Shown here: positions 26,552 through 38,432 of the stretch, one piece after another
Position numbering within the stretch: the first letter of the stretch is position 1
Layout of the letters: every line of letters starts with the position of its first letter
Notes under the pieces: generated by a model
Told to the model about the DNA's origin: nothing
Databases searched by the model: none
The model's input: only the letters and a program-made list of their open reading frames with translations
Made by a program: the position numbers and the translations under genes
NCBI RefSeq assembly: GCF_018350175.1
Contig: NC_058368.1
Location: 113,460,001 to 113,524,000, forward strand
Reading direction: 5' to 3'
DNA: 64,000 nucleotides
Source of the DNA: Felis catus
Taxonomy: Eukaryota

Positions 26552-26591
26552 GAACGAACGAACGAACGAACGAACGAACGAACGAACGAAC
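26552..26591. repeat. (GAAC)10 microsatellite at an L2 3' tail
   Basis: 10 perfect units immediately after an L2-like terminus. Confidence 0.95.
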
Positions 26592-26839
26592 CAAGAAGCA
26601 AGTGAACGAATAGTGAGCAACTGCCTGCCTCTTTCAGGGCCTCCCTTGATCCATCTGCAAAATGAGGCATTCTGGCGGAGGACTTTTCACAAAATTTGCA
26701 ATCGGGGACACAGCAGGGACTCCAGAACAGCCGCAAAGCATGAAGCTCAGAGCGTGTGGGGAGTCAGAAGAACCTGCTCCAGGCCACTTCTGGGCTCTGG
26801 GAGCTACTCAGCTTTGAAGGCAGTGCTGGACTCTGAAAG

Positions 26840-27042
26840 CAGAGCCCTCAAAGCGGGGACCCCGCCAACCTGGGCTTCCAAGGGAGAGTTTCAAAATCCC
26901 TTGTAGAAACAAGGGCTAGGCTAACCTTAGAAATTCTGCTCTAATCAGTTACATGTACTAGATTCCAGGTGAAATTTCATTTGACAGAAAAAGAGATTTT
27001 ACTGCTTGCCAAAAAGATGAAATGCGCTCTGAAACTCATGGT
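26840..27042. mobile_element. Possible hAT (MER103-like) remnant
   Basis: gtgaaatttcatttgacagaaa...ctgct...aaaa...tgaaactcatgg resembles a hAT MER end. Confidence 0.35.
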
Positions 27043-29448
27043 TATTTTCTAACGCTTCAGTCCCACTCAGTCCCAGTGGCCTTGTCTCTGCAGAAGAACT
27101 TTCCAAGGAGAGCAAATTGAATTGTTTGCTGTATTATGATTTACACCAGCTCATTTCGTAGGGTCTTGAAATCCTAGTGACCCTCTGGTTCTGGTATGAT
27201 CAGAATAAAATAAGAGTCTTTGGACCTTAGTCCTCTATGGCCCAACTCGGTGTCTGCTGTTGAGATGCACAGAGGAGCCCAAGGGCCTTCCATTTTGGTT
27301 TAAGGAACGAGTCAACCAGTAGGCCAGTGTCTGTACAGTCAGGGAACATAGGCCATGACCCGAACCCAGTGGCTCTCTTTGAAGAAAAGACCCATGTCTG
27401 CAGAACAGAGCCTCGGATTTTGCCAACAGACCCGAGGGCAAGTTACCACAGGGCTCCTATGAGCAAAGCAACAGCCAACACTACCATTGTGTCTAGGTTA
27501 CAGACCACGAGAGCAGATTTGTGACATCAGAGCATGCGTCTCAGACCCTGCCATCCTCTAGGTCTTTGCTGTCCTCCTCCCTGAGGACTTCCGTGGGGAA
27601 CAGGGGCTGCTGGGAGGCGGATACACCTATGAACAGAAACCACAAGACTCCGCCATCTGGATATTTCCCCACCCACCCCTGACACAGGACTGGTGCGAAT
27701 CCCACACCTTGAACAGAACTGATGAAACCGAACGGCAATGATGAGCAAAGCCAGTCTGGTTCCATTTTCTCACTCCTCCCCCTTCGGTTCTCAGCAGAGA
27801 GAAATGGGACCTGCTTTCAGACCGCTGCCAGTTGACCCGAGAAACCCTGAATGACTCAAACAAGCACAGGGCCTCACAAATGGTACATGGCAGGTCAAAG
27901 TGCAGAGAAGGCTCTGGCCAACATCCATGACCCAGTTGGCTGCAGCAGCACACTCTCTGTAAACATGGCTCCCGAGCCCTCCCGTGAGACCTCTGACCTT
28001 ACATGCCTCTTGGCACCTCTTGGCAAGACCCCATCCAGTAAGTGAGAGAAACACTAGTCATCTTGAGAATAGCACTTGCATGCTATTTAAGTCGAACTGC
28101 GGTACAAAAGTGCAAAGATTTTTAAAAAACATCACCTCCAGGAACATTTTAAATATGTTGTGCCGAGGGGCAGAAAGTTTATACAAATATTATATTTTCA
28201 GTTTAATTACTACATAGTAGCTCTTGCCCAGGTTATGGATTTACCTCAGAGCCATGTCAGAATTTAGGAACACTCTGCATATACCTCTGCAATCACTCAT
28301 AGGTCTCCGTATACCAACTCACTGAGACTTAGCCTGGGTGATGGCATCAATCTCTCCAACAAGATGGGCTCATACACTGCGAATAAACCCAAAGGGAGCC
28401 ATTCGGGCAGCACTACACCAGACTTTCTTCATTCGGATTGGGGGGGACTCCTGATGAGGCTGGAGCTGCTCCTGGAGACGCACCTCATCCTCCCTAGACA
28501 CAAAGGGAATCCTCGACTGACCTAGTCTAAGAAATAGCAGGAAACTCAAAGAACAAAAAAGAATAATGCATGTATTTTGACCTCTCCTCCTAAAGTTAAG
28601 AGCAGTAAGCTACAGGAAGAACAAAGAAAGAAAAGAACAGATATCGATCTTTGGGAGAGTATGACTCAGGACACCTAAATGCCTGTGAAAGAAACTCACC
28701 ATGAACCAGCCAAGCGAAGGAACGCATCTTACTAGCTCATATCAGCCAACAGCTCAATGGGTGCCCAGTCTTGAGGATGACCAGGAGCAGGGACTGGTCT
28801 ATCACTAGGTCATGAAAACGCAACCGTCTGGTAGCTCCCAGGCCCCCGATGTCGCCAGAGTGAAGGAACAGAGTGCACGGGAAGATGACACTCTCATCTG
28901 AATCACAAGGTGACTAGAGGAAACAGGCACATCTCCTAGAAAGGCAGGTGGCTATTGTTTGGGCAGAAAAAATAAGTGATCTAGCACAGAGAGCTCAGAT
29001 AAAGACACCGCAGGCTGAGAGCAACCTTGTCACTGCTACAGGGTGGCAGGCAATGAAGACCGCCTCTGGACCCTGAAGGAAAGGCAGTCTGCCACTACCC
29101 AGTGTTCTGCTCCTGCAAAAGGACAGAAGCGCATGCAATGGTCAGGACTGATCAAAGACAGGACCAGATCCTCCGGACCCTGAGCTCTCCCCTTCTTTCT
29201 TTATATGCAATTATCTATTGGCATCCCTCCAGTTACTGTCTAAGAGCAGCTAAGAGCTGCTGAAGGCACGTAGGAAGCAAGTTTGGTGACGTCCCATGAG
29301 CAGCAAACTTCTGAAATATTGTGCAAGAGCCTTGTCTCAAACCAACAGTGTCTCAGAAGAAAGGCCCACTTCAAGGGGTTCTCCTTGGAAAGAAAAGGGT
29401 TGCCCCACAAAATGCAAAATGGACCATAGGATAAAACACCAAGAGTTT

Positions 29449-29451
<3 letters not shown>

Positions 29452-29499
<48 letters not shown>
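29452..29499. repeat. (CA)n microsatellite
   Basis: About 24 perfect units. Confidence 0.98.
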
Positions 29500-29500
<1 letters not shown>

Positions 29501-30520
29501 AAACCTTTGCAGTCTTCATCATCTACTAAAAAGCAAACATATGGGTCATGTTTATTTTATTCTTTGGGCTTATTTAGAAATTCCAACTACAGTGAATCGT
29601 CAGTACTCTTGCAAGAAAAAAATAAAAGATGCTTCATTTGTGAAATTATTTTTAGTAGTATCATTACCTGATTAGATCAGAACAAAGCTCATAAATGAAT
29701 TTCTAGTAATCTATCAACTTTGAGACAGGAATTTTAGCTGGTGTACCCCACAATCCTTTTCTGTGTATTTTTCTGAACATTTCATAGTAGGGCCTGTTTA
29801 ATCATTTTTAATATCAAAATATATTAAATCTGATTCTACCACATCATGTACCTTTTTACACTGAAATTTTTATTGAGAGCATTGTAGATTCACACGTAGT
29901 AAGAAATATTCCAGACAGATCCCTTTATCCAATCTCACCAAATGGTAACATCATCTATGCTAACTGCAATGCGAAAGTACAGTACAATATCACAACCAGA
30001 TCTTCATATAGACACAATCCATTCATCTTATTTGGCTTTTACCAACTGTACTTGCACTGTATGTGTGAACACGTGTGTGTAGGGGTTTAGTTCTGTATGA
30101 TTTCATCACGTGTCGGTTCGTGTTCTACCAAATACAAAGCCAAAATACAAAACAGTTACGTTACCACAAGGACCCCTGGTATCTCCCATTTATAATCACA
30201 CCCTCCTCCCTCCTAACCATCCTTAGCCCTCTAACATCACTAACCACTGACAACAACTAATCTTTCACTCAACTTCTAAATTTGTGGCATTTTTAAAATG
30301 TTATCTAATTGGAACTGTATACAGCATGTAACCTCTTAGTGCTGGCTTTTTCACTCAGCAAAGCCCTGGAGATTTTATCTCCATCACTTCACGTATCAAT
30401 AGTGCAGGGCTATTTCATTCCATGATACACATGTACCACAGTTTAGCCAAATGCACCCCCGGAATTCTGGCCTGATTCCAATTTTTAACTATCATAGACA
30501 GAGGTGCTATGGACATTTGT

Positions 30521-30578
30521 CTGTACACCTTAAACTTGCACAATGTTAGATACCAATTATATCTCAATAAACCCGGGA
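30521..30578 (+). mobile_element. L1MA-type 3' terminal tip
   Basis: ctgtacaccttaaacttgcacaatgtt...caattatatctcaataaa resembles the L1MA9/10 terminus. Confidence 0.7.
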
Positions 30579-30580
30579 GG

Positions 30581-30877
30581 GAGGGACTTAAGTGGCTCAG
30601 TCAAACATCTGACTCTTGATTTCAGTTCAGGTCATGATGTCACAGTTTGTGAGTTCAAGCCCTGTATCAGGCTCTGTGCTGACAGTGCAGAGCCTGTTTG
30701 GGATTCTCTGTCTCCCTCTCTCTCTTCCCCTCCATGCTTGCTCTCTCTCTCTCTCTCTCTCTCTCAAAAATAAAATAAACATTAAAAATAATTTTTTAAA
30801 TAAAAAAAATTTTTAAAAAAATTAAAATATTTAAAAAAAAATTAAAAAAAATTTTTTTAAATAAAAATTTTAAAAAA
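30581..30877 (+). mobile_element. SINEC with an expanded A/T tail
   Basis: Degenerate head, (CT)n tract, 97-bp pure A/T tail. Confidence 0.92.
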
Positions 30878-30953
30878 GGAGAAAAGTAAAGAAAAAAGAA
30901 TACAAGAAAAGTTTGGCAGCACTCATCTGGCCATTTAGCAACTGGTATGGTTC

Positions 30954-31181
30954 GGGGCGCCTGGTGGCTCAGTTGGTAAAGCGTCCAACTCCGGCTCAGG
31001 TCATGATCTCGCAGTTCATGAGTTCGAGCCCCACGTCATGCTCTATGCTAGCAGCTCAGAGCCTGGGGCCTGCTTTGGATTCTGTCTCTCTTTCTCTCTC
31101 TCTCTGCCCCTCCCCCCACTCACGCACGTATGCACTCTCTCTCTAAAATAAATAAAAACATTAAAAAAATTTTTTTAAAGA
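30954..31181 (+). mobile_element. SINEC_Fc
   Basis: Head ggggcgcctggtggctcag; TSD aactggtat at 30940-30948 and 31182-31190. Confidence 0.94.
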
Positions 31182-32464
31182 AACTGGTATTTTTTCCTGT
31201 ATGTGAGCTGTATGGTATATTTTGTGTTCAAAAAGTCAATGGTTATAAAATTTATTTAACTTTGATTATGTCCTCTGCATTTCAGTCTTAGTCATTCACA
31301 TAAAACAATCTCCTATGTTTAAAAGAAATTTGTGTACAAGCTTTGGTATGAAGGTAAGTTTTCATTTTTCTGGGATAAATGCCCAAGAGTGCCTTTGCTG
31401 GGTTGCATGGCACTTGCAGGCCAGAGCAACTCTAGCATTTTACATTTCCACGAGTTACTATGAGCGACTCGGTTTCCCACATCCTCACCAGCTATTTTTC
31501 ATTTCAGCCACTCTTACGGCTGTGTGGTAATATCTCATCGCCACTTTAATTTGCATTTCCGTGATGAGTAACGACACTGAACTCATTTCATGGGGGTATT
31601 TTCCATCATATGCAGACTCTTTCCTTGGTGAAATAACCCTCCATGGCTTTTGTCCATTCTATGATTGGTTTGTTTTCTTACTCTTGAATTGTGCGAGACA
31701 ATTTGGTATTCTAGATACTCGTCCTGTGTTCGAACTGTCACTTGTTAGTATTTCCAGTCTGGAACTTCTTTTTGCACCTTCTTAACAGGGTTCTTGACAG
31801 ACCGCACGATTTTAACATTTTGAAGTCCAATTTACCCATTTCTCTTTTAGGGATCATACATTTGTTGTCAAGTCCCAGAATTCTTTGTCTAACCCTAGAT
31901 CATGAAGATTTGGGGTTTTTTTTTCCTAAAAGTTTTACAGTTTTACACTGAAGTCTGTGATCCTTTTAAGGGAGCTTTTATATAAGGTACAAGGTTTCAG
32001 GTGAGGTCTCTTTGTTTGCCTATGGACGTCCAACTGCTTCTGCATCGTTTTTAGCCAAGGTCAGTTTTCTTCCCTGGATATGCTTTTGCACCTTTGACAA
32101 AAATCACTTGCGCTTACTTCCCTGGTTCTGTTTCCAGGCTCTCTATTCTGTTCCATTGATCCATGTGTCTGTTCCCCTGCCAATATCACACTGTCTTCAT
32201 TACTATAGCTATATAGTAAGCCTTAATATAAGGTAGACTTCCTCCTGCTATTTTATCTTTGTCAAGATCATTTTAGCTATTTGAGGGCCTGTGCCTTTCC
32301 ACATAAATTTCAGAATAACCTTATTTGTGCCTATAAAAGCCTTGCTGGAACTTTGATAGCAATTTCTTTCAAACTGTGTGTCAATTTGGGACATCTTTAC
32401 TATATGTTAAGTCTTCCAATGAATGAACAAGATCTATCTTTCTATTAATTTAAGTCTTATTTCG

Positions 32465-32882
32465 AAGTAGTATTCCATCGTATATATAAACCACATCTTC
32501 TTTATCCATTCATCAGTTGATGGACATTTAGGCAATGAGAAAGAATGCAATCTGGCCATTTGCAGCAACGTGGATGGAATTGGAGGGTATTACACTAAGT
32601 GAAATAAATCAGGCAGAGGAAGACAGATTCATGTTTTCACTCATATGTGGATCTTGAGAAGCTTAACAGAAGACCATGAGGATGGGGAAGGGGGAAAAAG
32701 TTACAGAGAGGGAGGGAGGCAAACCATAAGAGACTCCCAAGGACGGAGAAAAAACTGAGGGTTGATGGGGGGTGAGGGAGGGGGGAAGTGGGCAATGGGC
32801 ATGGAGGAGGGCACTTGTTGGGATAAGCACTGGGTGTTGTATGGAAACTAATTTGACAATAAATTATATTTTAAAAATAAAT
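32465..32882 (+). mobile_element. Felid L1 3' fragment with 5' inversion (twin priming)
   Basis: 32465-32533 is antisense L1 and 32531 onward is sense L1; TSD taatttaRgtcttattt at 32446-32462 and 33208-33224. Confidence 0.92.
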
Positions 32883-32883
32883 G

Positions 32884-33071
32884 AGGGGCACCTGGGTGGC
32901 TCAGTCGGTTAAGCGGCCGACTTCAGCTCAGGTCATGATCTCACGGTCCGGGAGTTCAAGCCCCGCGTCGGGCTCTGTGCTGACAGCTCGGAGCCTGAAG
33001 CCTGCTTCGGATTCTGTGTCTCCCTCTCTCTCTGACCCTCCCCCGTTCATGCTCTGTCTCTCTCTGTCTCA
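32884..33071 (+). mobile_element. SINEC_Fc in the L1 tail; 3' end lost in the gap
   Basis: Canonical head and body up to the (CT)n tract. Confidence 0.95.
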
Positions 33072-33203
33072 NNNNNNNNNNNNNNNNNNNNNNNNNNNNN
33101 NNNNNNNNNNNNNNNNNNNNNNNNNNNNNNNNNNNNNNNNNNNNNNNNNNNNNNNNNNNNNNNNNNNNNNNNNNNNNNNNNNNNNNNNNNNNNNNNNNNN
33201 NNN
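33072..33203. other. Assembly gap
   Basis: Run of N. Confidence 1.
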
Positions 33204-33659
33204 AAAATAATTTAGGTCTTATTTGATTTCTTTCATCAAAGTTCTGTAATATTTAAAATATAGATCCTATAGATGATTTAAGTTTTACCTAAGTCATTTT
33301 CTTTGGAGTGATCATGAATGGTGTTTTTAATTTCAGTTTTCACTTATGCATTGCTAGTATACAGAAGTATGATTGATTTGATGTTTCTGTATTCATCTTG
33401 TATAACTTTGACCTTGCAGAGCTTCCTTACTTTTCCCAGAAGGCATGTTTTTTCTTTTGTTAAGTTCTAGGGGTTTTCTACATAGGCAACCACGTCATCT
33501 ACAAGTGAAGTGTGGCATTCCTTACCAATGCCTTTATTTCTTTTTCTCATCTTATTGCAGTAACTAGAACTTCCAGTTCTTTGTTGACTAAGAGGGGTGT
33601 GAGCAGATTTCTTTGCCTCATTCCTCTAAACAAGCATCCCCCCCCCCATTCCAGGGCAA

Positions 33660-34274
33660 CTGGTGTCTGTTGGCTGAGGAGAATTGGATCCATGAAGAGA
33701 TGTCCCCGAAGGTTCGACAGGCCTCCCCAAGCTGCCCAGGTGTCTCAGGGGAGGAGAGGGGAAGGAAGAGGAGTCTCGGGCTCACAGAGACAAAGAAGCT
33801 TCCCAGACTGGATCACCTGTTGTGTGGGGGCCTCTTTTGCTGGTGTCTCCCTGCCCCAGACACCCTGGTATCTCTCATGGAGAACAGTAATCTCAGACCA
33901 ACAGGAAATAGAAATGCTTGCCGTGACCACCGTTCTCAGTGGAGCCAAGTTGCTGGGTTCACTACTGTTATTTTCAGGACTCCTATTTTATCAAGACAGG
34001 GATGAGGCTGGGCTGCTTTCCGATGCTAAGTTCTAAGTCAGGAAACCCCATTCTGTTAGGTCTGTGGTGGGGGAGAGGGGGTGGTGGCAGAGAAGATGCC
34101 CTGCTGCTGTGCTAGCCTTCCAGTCCTGGCACCCCAAATCCAATCACCTTTCTCTAACCACCTTCCAGAGTTATCCTTTGGTTACCTCTTGTGCTATTTC
34201 CAGGGCTTACTGTCATACTTTGCCAGGAGGTGCAGGGAAAAGCAACTTTAGACCATCTTGTCCACGTGAGAAGT
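33660..34274 (-). mobile_element. Possible old L1M 5' region
   Basis: Ends ...ccatcttgtccacgtgagaagt, resembling the reverse of an L1M 5' terminus (acttc...caagatgg). Confidence 0.4.
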
Positions 34275-34309
34275 TGTACCAAATACCTTTCTGTTTAAAA
34301 GTGAGAGGG

Positions 34310-34527
34310 GGGTCACCTGGGTGGCGCAGTCGGTTAAGCGTCCGACTTCAGTCAGGTCACGATCTCGCGGTCTGTGAGTTCGAGCCCCGCGTCAGGCTCT
34401 GGGCTGATGGCTCAGAGCCTGGAGCCTGTTTCCGATTCTGTGTCTCCCTCTCTCTCTGCCCCTCCCCCGTTCATGCTCTGTCTCTCTCTGTCCCAAAAAT
34501 AAATAAACGTTGAAAAAAAAATTTTTT
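34310..34527 (+). mobile_element. Young SINEC_Fc
   Basis: gtggcgcagtcgg and gggctgatgg features; TSD aaagtgagaggg at 34298-34309 and 34528-34539. Confidence 0.97.
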
Positions 34528-34559
34528 AAAGTGAGAGGGAATGAAATCTTTCCTTCAGC

Positions 34560-34950
34560 AGAATTCCAAGTAATTTATGTAGATCCTGCTTCCTCCGGGG
34601 AGGGGGGAGAGGGGTAGAGCTCGATTCCTGGCTTTCCCTCCTGAAGGCAGGCTAGATGCAGTGACTTGCTTCCAAAAAAAAAAAAAAAGTAGGGAAAAGG
34701 TAAAGTAGTAGCTTTACAGAGGACAGAACCACTGGTAGAAACCAAGCAATGAAAAGTGTGGAATTTTGCTAACAGTCCGTTGCCAATACCAGTGTGAGTT
34801 TTGACAAATGTACTATATAGTAACATGAGATGGTATGAATGGGTCAAACTGAGCGATAGATACATGAGAAGCCTCTCTAGGTGCATCTGGGCAACTTTTC
34901 TATAAATCTAAAAGTGTTCCCAAGCAAAAGTTCATTTTTAAAAAGTTAAA
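34560..34950 (+). mobile_element. Old L1M (L1MC/MD-like) 3'UTR fragments
   Basis: agtgacttgcttccaaa...ctttacag; tttgacaaatgtac...gcaacttttctataaatctaaaa. Confidence 0.55.
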
Positions 34951-36622
34951 TGAAAAATAATCCTATTCCCAAATACCAAACATATTTCCAACAAAAATCT
35001 CTGATCGCACAGTTGAGGTATCTTTTACTTTAGGGCAGACAGGGCAATGACATTAAAGGGCTTTAGGGCCAATACTGCTGACCTCGAAGTGTTCCACTAA
35101 GCACCTATCATCCCATCGCAGAGACAGCATGGCTACTGAAGTGAAGAAAGAGTGAGCTATTTGCGTCTGCCTTCAAGGAGGCAGTGATCTGGAGATCAGA
35201 TATATGGCGCTGAATCACTGACTAAAGGGGGGCTGAGGCCCACGGAAAGATCCAGGGTCACTCAGTCTTCCCTGTATGAGTTTCTCGGTGTCAAGGGAGA
35301 TATGCTATGGAACGCTATAAGGAATCCTGAAATATCCAGACAAGGGTGCCGTGGCCAAGCAATGTGCCCCGCTGGATGACACGTTATCAACCTGCAGCGG
35401 GACTGCGTCACTCACAAAATCACAGCAGATACCTGGGTGTTTGTGTCCAGATTACCGTCATCATAACTGCCATGTGATCAGTTGTCATTACCTGCAAATG
35501 AACCACAGGCAGACCTTCAATAAAGTAACTGCACCTGAAACCCGAAAGCCTTATTTAAGCCATGGCTTTCAACCTGAGCCTTGATAACAGCAGTGATGGC
35601 AACTGCTACGAGGAACGTTCCAGAAGAAGTAAGTGTGGCTACATGTGACAGGAATATGGGCAGAAAGATGCCTAGGTTGGAAGGCATGTGTACACGCAAG
35701 ATGTTTGTGGGTGTGCGTGCATGTGTGTGCAAGGCTGCTAGATACACGTCTATGGGAAGATACCGGTGCGTGTAAAAATTTATGACAGGTGTACGGGTGC
35801 CAAAGAATGGCAGGCAGGTGAAAATTTCTGTGTGCTTCTACCTAAGAGTAGTGTGGATGTGTTGCTCGAAGTGTAGAGGTGTCTGGGTGTGAGTGTGCAA
35901 GGGGGGACGTGCAAGCAGCACAGGAAGCAACCACAGGTGGCTCTGTGTATGATCATCAGGACTGTAAAGGTCTGTGTGGACTACATACCTGAATACATTA
36001 GCCTATGTTTAAGGTTTCTCCTTTGACTGAGGCCCTGGATAAATAAAGCTCTAATGACACTCCACAAGGTCAGTACCAGCCTCAGCCCCACAAAGAGGGG
36101 GCCCTTGTTCTGGCCTAGATGGGGTGGAGCTTCTGTGGGGCTTAGGAGACACTCCTATCCAGAGCTCAGGCTTCCCCTTTCTACCCCATGTGCTTGGTCC
36201 CTAAAACCAGTTTCCTGTTCAAATGGCCCTGAACCAACTTGCAGGCCTGTCGTCTGGGCCTTTCCTCCAGATCTGTCCTTTCAAGGTGGCCGGAGCTGCC
36301 AGTGAGGGCCCCCTCTGCTCAAGGAGAGACTCTAGGCCAGTGGTTGGCAGTGAGGAGGGGGTCTGAAGATCAGCCTTCAGACAAGAAGGTGGGTGTCTGC
36401 GGGTGGGCATGCAAGGCCCTTGTGGAGCAAGATGAAGGGAAGCGGGAAGACAAGGCATGCTCCCACCACTCAGCCACATCCCAGGTCACGACGACAGTTC
36501 ACGTGTCAAGGTAGGGGGATCAAACACATGTTATTGTTAATGGCATGTTCATGTGATTATCCTACAACTTAATTATTTAGGGGATGTGAGCCTCCCCTTA
36601 CACTCTTGCCGCAGGCCCCAGC

Positions 36623-36630
36623 TGTGCACA

Positions 36631-36680
<50 letters not shown>
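36623..36680. repeat. (TG)n microsatellite within a 58-bp alternating purine-pyrimidine tract
   Basis: tgtgcacacacg(tg)n cgcgca. Confidence 0.97.
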
Positions 36681-37854
36681 GCCTGCTGGAGCATCCGGGA
36701 GCCCCGCCCACCCCAGGTTCCAGGCCCTGGGCCACTCATCAGGGGAGATCAGCACTGGAGGTAAGGCCATTTCTGACCTGGCTGGGGGCAGGCAGGCTTT
36801 CCTCAGACTTAGCTCACAGAGGGGTCTATCTTGCACTCCCCAGAAAGTGATCCATTTAGCATATCAATCCTAATCCAACACACACGCACCCACACTGACC
36901 AGGGACGTGTCTACTAACCACAGAAATACGTCAGTCCGGAAACCCCTAGACCTGGGCAAGACACCCGACTATAATGAAGAGCTACTTTGAGCAAACAACA
37001 CATGGTCACTGGTAAACCCACAGCATCCTCATAGCCCCAAACTGAAGCCACTCAGATCTAATTACTCGGGGTGACAACCAATGCAAGGACAAGAGGCACA
37101 TTATCGAAAACCACTTTAGCGCTGCTCCAGCTCACAGCCACGCTGCCCTCGATAATGACTTTACCCAATTAGCTTGCAAGCAGTCTGCCTTTTGTAAATC
37201 AGCGATGCCAGGGAAATGAATTCTGCACCCGGAAGGGAAGGGCAAGCGACTGGCAACTGCATGGAAATCATTAATTGGCTTGAGCCTTTTAGGTTAAGTG
37301 AATTATCATTATTTCCTCTGTTTGGTGGCCCTGTGCGGAGATGAGGTCAAGCGGGCAGCCCACCATGATTTTCAGCATCTTCCTGGCATTCTCATTCCAG
37401 GAAATGTAACGAAGGCTTTGTGTGCCTGTCTGGGAGGCTGCCCTGAGGCCGCCGGGTCCCTGCCGCGCCCCCCCCCCCCCCAGCATCCACTTTTGGTTAG
37501 TCTCCGGAAGGTACATCATGCACCGGGGGCATGTGAAGAAAGCACGCACATCTGTGAACGGCTCACACTCAGAAATGAAGTCTAATGAGTTTGCTTAAGA
37601 CCTCTTGCCTGGACTGAGAAGGACATTTCACCAGCGTGTTTAATCGTCCCAAGTTCACAGAAAGCGAGGCTCAGCAAATATGTGCTTTCGTGAACAAGAC
37701 ACAGGGAAACAAATGATTTGCCCTTGTTTCTGGAGAGCAAATGGAGAAAGCAAAGAGTACTTCCCAGGAGCCATGGGTGACAAGTAGACTATGGAGCTGG
37801 CATAGCCACTACATAGACCCTGCAGAAGGGGAGAGTAGTCTGTCGTTCTCAAGG

Positions 37855-38043
37855 CAGTGCTTCTCACTTGGAGTCCCTGTGTGTCACCATCACCTGCAGG
37901 CCTTATTAAAACAGAGTTGGGCCTCATCCCTGGAGTTTCTGCTTCAGGAGATCTGGCAGGGGCTTGAGACTCGGCATTCTAACAAGTTCTAAGTTCTAAG
38001 ATGCAGAGGTGGCTGGTCTGGGGACCATACCTAGAGGCGACTG
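37855..38043. mobile_element. MER5A-like hAT MITE
   Basis: Starts cagtgcttctca and ends ...ctg; internal atcacctg, gcattctaacaagttc, ggggaccata. Confidence 0.75.
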
Positions 38044-38109
38044 CTTAAGGAAACCATTCCCTTAACTTCTAACTGCGTGTAACGACTCAAAGTTGTTTAA
38101 AAAGTAATC

Positions 38110-38300
38110 AAGCATGTGGTTGAGATTATGGACACCGGGGTCAAGCACATCCACGTTCAAAGTGTGATTCTATCCCTGACTGGCTGTGTGATCCGGGGCA
38201 AGTCAAGTTCACCTCTTCAAGTCAGTTTTCCCTTCTGTAAGTTAAAAGCAACTCCTCCCAGGGCCATATGGAGGACCAACATGAACGAACAAATGTAGAT
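38110..38300 (+). mobile_element. MIR remnant
   Basis: ctggctgtgtgatccggggcaagtca...tcagttttcccttctgtaa. Confidence 0.7.
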
Positions 38301-38432
38301 CCAACCTACTTACATATCCAGCTACTTCATCTAGTTAATAGTGATTTTTCTTGTTAGTTCTTATTAGTACTAATAAAATGTTAATAAATTATTTTCCAAA
38401 CTTTACCTCCCCAAAGAGACAGACCTTATCTT

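Larger units (their letters stand above)
29860..33620 (-). mobile_element. Old eutherian L1M (L1MC-like) 3'UTR and ORF2 end, hosting several younger insertions
   Basis: Reverse 3' end (ttttattgag...tgtagattcaca...aatggtaacatc); reverse ORF2 motifs (ctctattctgttccattgatcc, gtcttccaatgaatgaaca, ctagaacttccagt). Confidence 0.8.

Noticed and set aside
33512-34513. Overlapping 130-174 aa ORFs
   Set aside because: They lie in decayed L1-like and SINE sequence and show no protein family signal.
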